Under the pieces are notes generated by a model. It searched no databases and was not told where the DNA came from. It was given only the letters and a program-made list of their open reading frames with translations. From a virus (lineage: Duplodnaviria > Caudoviricetes), in the IMG/VR virus record IMGVR_UViG_3300032231_000005, positions 1 to 47,757 of that record: 47,757 nucleotides of DNA; one strand, given 5' to 3'. Positions 44,422 to 47,757 of the stretch are shown here, piece after piece; the first letter of the stretch is position 1, and each line of letters begins with the position of its first letter. Both the position numbers and the translations under genes were made by a program.

Positions 44422-46716
44422 CTATACCGCTTTAGCGTCGGTAATAATTTGGAAGGCTTCAGGGCGTGTAACTGTAGTCCCCGCGTAGAACGTACCACGA
44501 ATGAGTACCTCACCGTTACGGATTAACACTGATGTGTCGGTTACTACCCGAAGATCATTTGAAAATGACATAATCACCTTACTAAAGTCACCGCAATAGA
44601 TTTCAGTCTCGTTAGAGCCAGCACCTAAATTCGATGGGATTTGATTAGTAGGGTGTACTGTAATCCCTCTAAAGCGATTTAAGGCGGTATCGCCAAATGC
44701 ACTTAGAAGCGGGCGACCTGTGGTATCTGGCATGTTAGCCACTTGGTCATTGATGTCATAATTCCATACCCATGCCCACTTCTCGTTGACTTCTACATTC
44801 CGCTTGTTAATGGCTTTAATCATCGCATTAAGGTCTGGATATGTCGGGAACGCTGTACCGATAGATGTTAACTCGCTAGCATTGGTGTTATAGCGTAAAC
44901 CGACGAATTGCGCCGCCTTATCGCCTGACCGTTTCGTACCATCACCGCGCAATGATGAATTGTCGATTAAGATCATCGCCTGCATTTGCATGTCTTCGCG
45001 CACTTGCGCTTCGACTGAAGCGTCAGCGAATTCTAATTCTTCTTCGGTCAGGATAACTTCTACCACGACCTTTTTTTGTTCAAGTGTGACGTAATCGGTA
45101 TCAGGGCGTGATTCGGTTGTGGTATCACCTTCGCCACCAAAGCGTGCCACCGTTGTATTATCCCAACGGCGTATCTCTTGGCTACGAACACCACTCGGTA
45201 AATTCCGACGGGTTGCGCCCGCCCGCATCATAACCGTGTCGGTATACAGTGGTTTAATGACCTCATTTGAAATAACAGAGTTCACCCAATACCCACCGCC
45301 AATACCTGATTGCCCCGACAAATCCGCTTTTACGGGTAGTCTACGACTTGTTGACTTTATCGCATCTTGGATTGGGTTGCGCGACTTACGAAAACGCAGT
45401 GGCGGAATACCCGCTTGCGCTTGAATAAGGTCAATTAACCCGCCTTCGATGTGATTTTCTTTATTGATATTAAACCGCTCATACGTTGCACTTTTACTGC
45501 GACTGACTGCTTTCGGTGGTGGTGAATTTTTCGGCGTAGTGTCTAGCTTTTCCATTAATGCCTGAACGTTCTCGCTCAATGCCTTAACGCTTCTCATTTC
45601 TTCTGACATAGGTGTCTCCATTTCATCACCAGCCATGGCTTCATATTCCTCTAACATCGAAGTCAACTCACCAGCGCGTTCTAATGCGTTAGTCAAGTCA
45701 CCAGCCTCATACCCCGCTAGAATTGCCTCGAATAGCGCGGTAAGTTCGTCTACATTCTTACCTTCACCGTCGTCCGCTTTCGCTTCGGGTTCAGCTTTTG
45801 CTTCGTCGTCTTCTGGAATATCGTCCATTTTGGCGATAACGTCTTCGTTTTCGTTGTCCATCTTGGATAACTCTCCTGTTAAATTATTAAGGGTATTGCC
45901 ACCGCCACGCGCCGACTGCGCCTCTGTTTCGGTTCTTGTAATAAGTGATTTAATTTGTCGTAACTTAACCATGCCTAGACCGGGTTCTGCGGGTGTTTTT
46001 GTCAGCGACCACGCTGGGGCAGACCACTGTAACCGCCCGTCGCCGTCGTCTTCTGTGTAACTTTCTATCCCGTCAACTGAATAACTTAACTCCCCCCGTT
46101 CAACTTCGTTTACCGTTTGGTTATACTTGGGGTGATCGTTGTGCAATTGATGCGCTACCCATATCCCTATCGGTGCTTTTACCTCAGCGCTTACTCGGTT
46201 GCCGATAGGCGTTATACCATACACCTTACTCATGCCATGTTCGTAATATAGTGGGGCGTTCTGGTAATACTCTAGCAAAAATGCGTCTGTGTCGTCTTCG
46301 TGGAAATACTCATCCACAAGGTCGCGCTCAGTAGTGGCATTAGAGCCGTCTGTAAACAGCGTCCCCCAGCCCTCGACAATTGCGCCCTCAGCATTGAATG
46401 ACTTAATGCCCAATGTGGTATTCACGGTATCGCGCCTAACTGCGCCCCATGCCCGTGTGACCGCCTTCGTATCATCTTGTGTAGCGGTGTATGCTTCATT
46501 GTAAGCATCTAGCCATAACTTGCGCTTGCGCTCATTCAGGAGCTTTATATCATCAGCATGTAAGTCTAACGGATCGCTTGCCTTGCCTTCGGAGAGTTCT
46601 ATAGAGGTGATTTGTGCATACGCTAAATCGCTGGTTACATGACACCCTAGCGGGTTATCATCGCCAACTTGATATACACAATACTCGTTATTTAATTCAC
46701 GTACTTCGTAAGGCAC
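44422..46716 (-). CDS. Polyprotein: small N-terminal domain + ChaB-like + HK97 prohead protease + scaffold + major capsid protein
   Basis: Protease VEGWG.LF...DLVDEYF...YYEHG...WSLTKTPAEP; acidic scaffold; HK97 MCP GGYWV...EG...YCGDFS...RPEAF. Confidence 0.9.
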   Translation of the reverse strand: MPYEVRELNNEYCVYQVGDDNPLGCHVTSDLAYAQITSIELSEGKASDPLDLHADDIKLLNERKRKLWLDAYNEAYTATQDDTKAVTRAWGAVRRDTVNTTLGIKSFNAEGAIVEGWGTLFTDGSNATTERDLVDEYFHEDDTDAFLLEYYQNAPLYYEHGMSKVYGITPIGNRVSAEVKAPIGIWVAHQLHNDHPKYNQTVNEVERGELSYSVDGIESYTEDDGDGRLQWSAPAWSLTKTPAEPGLGMVKLRQIKSLITRTETEAQSARGGGNTLNNLTGELSKMDNENEDVIAKMDDIPEDDEAKAEPEAKADDGEGKNVDELTALFEAILAGYEAGDLTNALERAGELTSMLEEYEAMAGDEMETPMSEEMRSVKALSENVQALMEKLDTTPKNSPPPKAVSRSKSATYERFNINKENHIEGGLIDLIQAQAGIPPLRFRKSRNPIQDAIKSTSRRLPVKADLSGQSGIGGGYWVNSVISNEVIKPLYTDTVMMRAGATRRNLPSGVRSQEIRRWDNTTVARFGGEGDTTTESRPDTDYVTLEQKKVVVEVILTEEELEFADASVEAQVREDMQMQAMILIDNSSLRGDGTKRSGDKAAQFVGLRYNTNASELTSIGTAFPTYPDLNAMIKAINKRNVEVNEKWAWVWNYDINDQVANMPDTTGRPLLSAFGDTALNRFRGITVHPTNQIPSNLGAGSNETEIYCGDFSKVIMSFSNDLRVVTDTSVLIRNGEVLIRGTFYAGTTVTRPEAFQIITDAKAV

Positions 46717-46830
46717 TAGCGTTAATCCATCGTTGTCTGATAAACTATCGTTAGCGATTGCCTTACGAATCGCTTATTCACTTAAAGCCTGTTGATAGCG
46801 GGCTTTTCGTGTTTATTGATATTGCTATTA

Positions 46831-46859
46831 ATTCTAAAGCATAATTACGATTTAGTCAA
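46831..46859 (-). promoter_or_regulatory. Capsid operon promoter
   Basis: TTGACT-17-TAGAAT followed by a ~110-nt leader with two hairpins. Confidence 0.65.
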
Positions 46860-46866
46860 TTTTGCG

Positions 46867-47673
46867 CTAAAAGCGATCATAGATAGACATCTCTATGAGC
46901 TTGTGTTCTGCATTTTTGATTTCCTTTGCCAGTGTTGTGATATGCTTAATCCATAAATCACCCTCTTTTACGATTGCTATCACAAACGCTTGACCTAAAG
47001 CATAAAGATGTCTGCCTTCATACTTAATCATGAATTCAACACCTTCGGCATCCAGCGTTAATTCACCAAATTCATTGTCTACAATTCTACCAATAAGATA
47101 CAATCTACTTTCATTCATCACCATCTAGCTCCTTATACACTTCCCACAGCTTCATATAAGCGTTCTCTAGCCACAATGTGTACGCTTCCAGTGTGGTGTT
47201 ATCCATGCCGTCTTTACTTACACGCATGTTATGATGCACAACAAAGTGATTGGCGTATGCCAGCCCGTCTAATAATGAACTATCGTCCAAAACGTATCCC
47301 TCTATTTTGTGTGGGTTGCCGTTAGTGTCAAATACTTTGGGAATTTTCGGGTTATTCATTTCCTACGCCTTTCGGTATTAGCCTGCTTTTGCCACAATAA
47401 TCACTCCGACCCCTGAGCATCAATTAAATGCACATTGTCGTCGGCATCGACAATTACTTCACTAGCGACAAGCGTAAATGTTTCGGCTTCTCTATACTCG
47501 TTATCCCAATCCCAAAACACAAAGGCTTTTTTCATCGCGTCAAAACTATCGAAGAAAATCGGGGGCGTGTCTTCGGATATGTTTATTGCATATCGACCAT
47601 GTGCCATTTTAAAAACGCGAAACGTGCTTATACTACCTACGTATGTGTATATTTTATCCATTGTGATTGCCAC
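46867..47673 (-). CDS. Three small hypothetical proteins between portal and capsid (46867..47124, 47111..47359, 47401..47673)
   Basis: SD-led ORFs; two share a repeated upstream leader. Confidence 0.6.
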
Positions 47674-47700
47674 TCATTTCCTACGCCTTTCGACCTTAAC

Positions 47701-47757
47701 CTACATTAGCCTGCTTCTGTTAGATGCGTCATCATGCCCGTCTTCTGTTACAATAAT
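47701..47757 (-). CDS. 3' end of an ORF entering from the right edge, possibly the portal-MuF C-terminus
   Basis: IIVTEDGHDDASNRSRLM* open from the edge to TAG at 47703-47701; synteny portal then capsid. Confidence 0.45.
   Translation of the reverse strand: MIVTEDGHDDASNRSRLM

Noticed and set aside
1-47757. Exact circular closure, integrase/att site, or alternative genetic code
   Set aside because: Joining the ends gives a premature stop in the portal frame. No recombinase motifs were seen. Genes read intact with the standard code and use all three stop codons.

Overview
This 47.8-kb window is a near-complete genome of a tailed dsDNA phage (siphovirus-like, HK97-type head). It is opened inside the portal gene: the portal/MuF ORF runs off the left edge, and a plausible C-terminus re-enters at the right edge. 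Modules are packaging (TerS, TerL, portal-MuF fusion); head (ChaB-like/protease/scaffold/capsid polyprotein, decoration and connector genes); tail (tube protein with Asp-box propeller, chaperone pair with a likely +1 frameshift, acidic tape measure, tail tip); and a lysis-position block with no recognisable endolysin. Replication genes are an initiator with internal iterons, a primase-helicase and SSB. There is also a DNA MTase, a PAPS-reductase-like gene, two XRE paralogues, an RHH/HNH divergent switch and many small cassette-like genes. I see no integrase. A ParM-like actin ATPase with a ParR-like partner, plus a counter-transcribed RNA upstream of the replication operon, suggest a phage-plasmid lifestyle. 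The most unusual signal is a set of promoter/short RNA/terminator units carrying anti-Shine-Dalgarno/anti-AUG sequence. One is complementary over 14 nt to the RBS and start codon of the gene just upstream of terS. The host cannot be determined from sequence alone; Chloroflexota is a weak guess from protein style. All calls come from reading motifs by eye, with no database searches.
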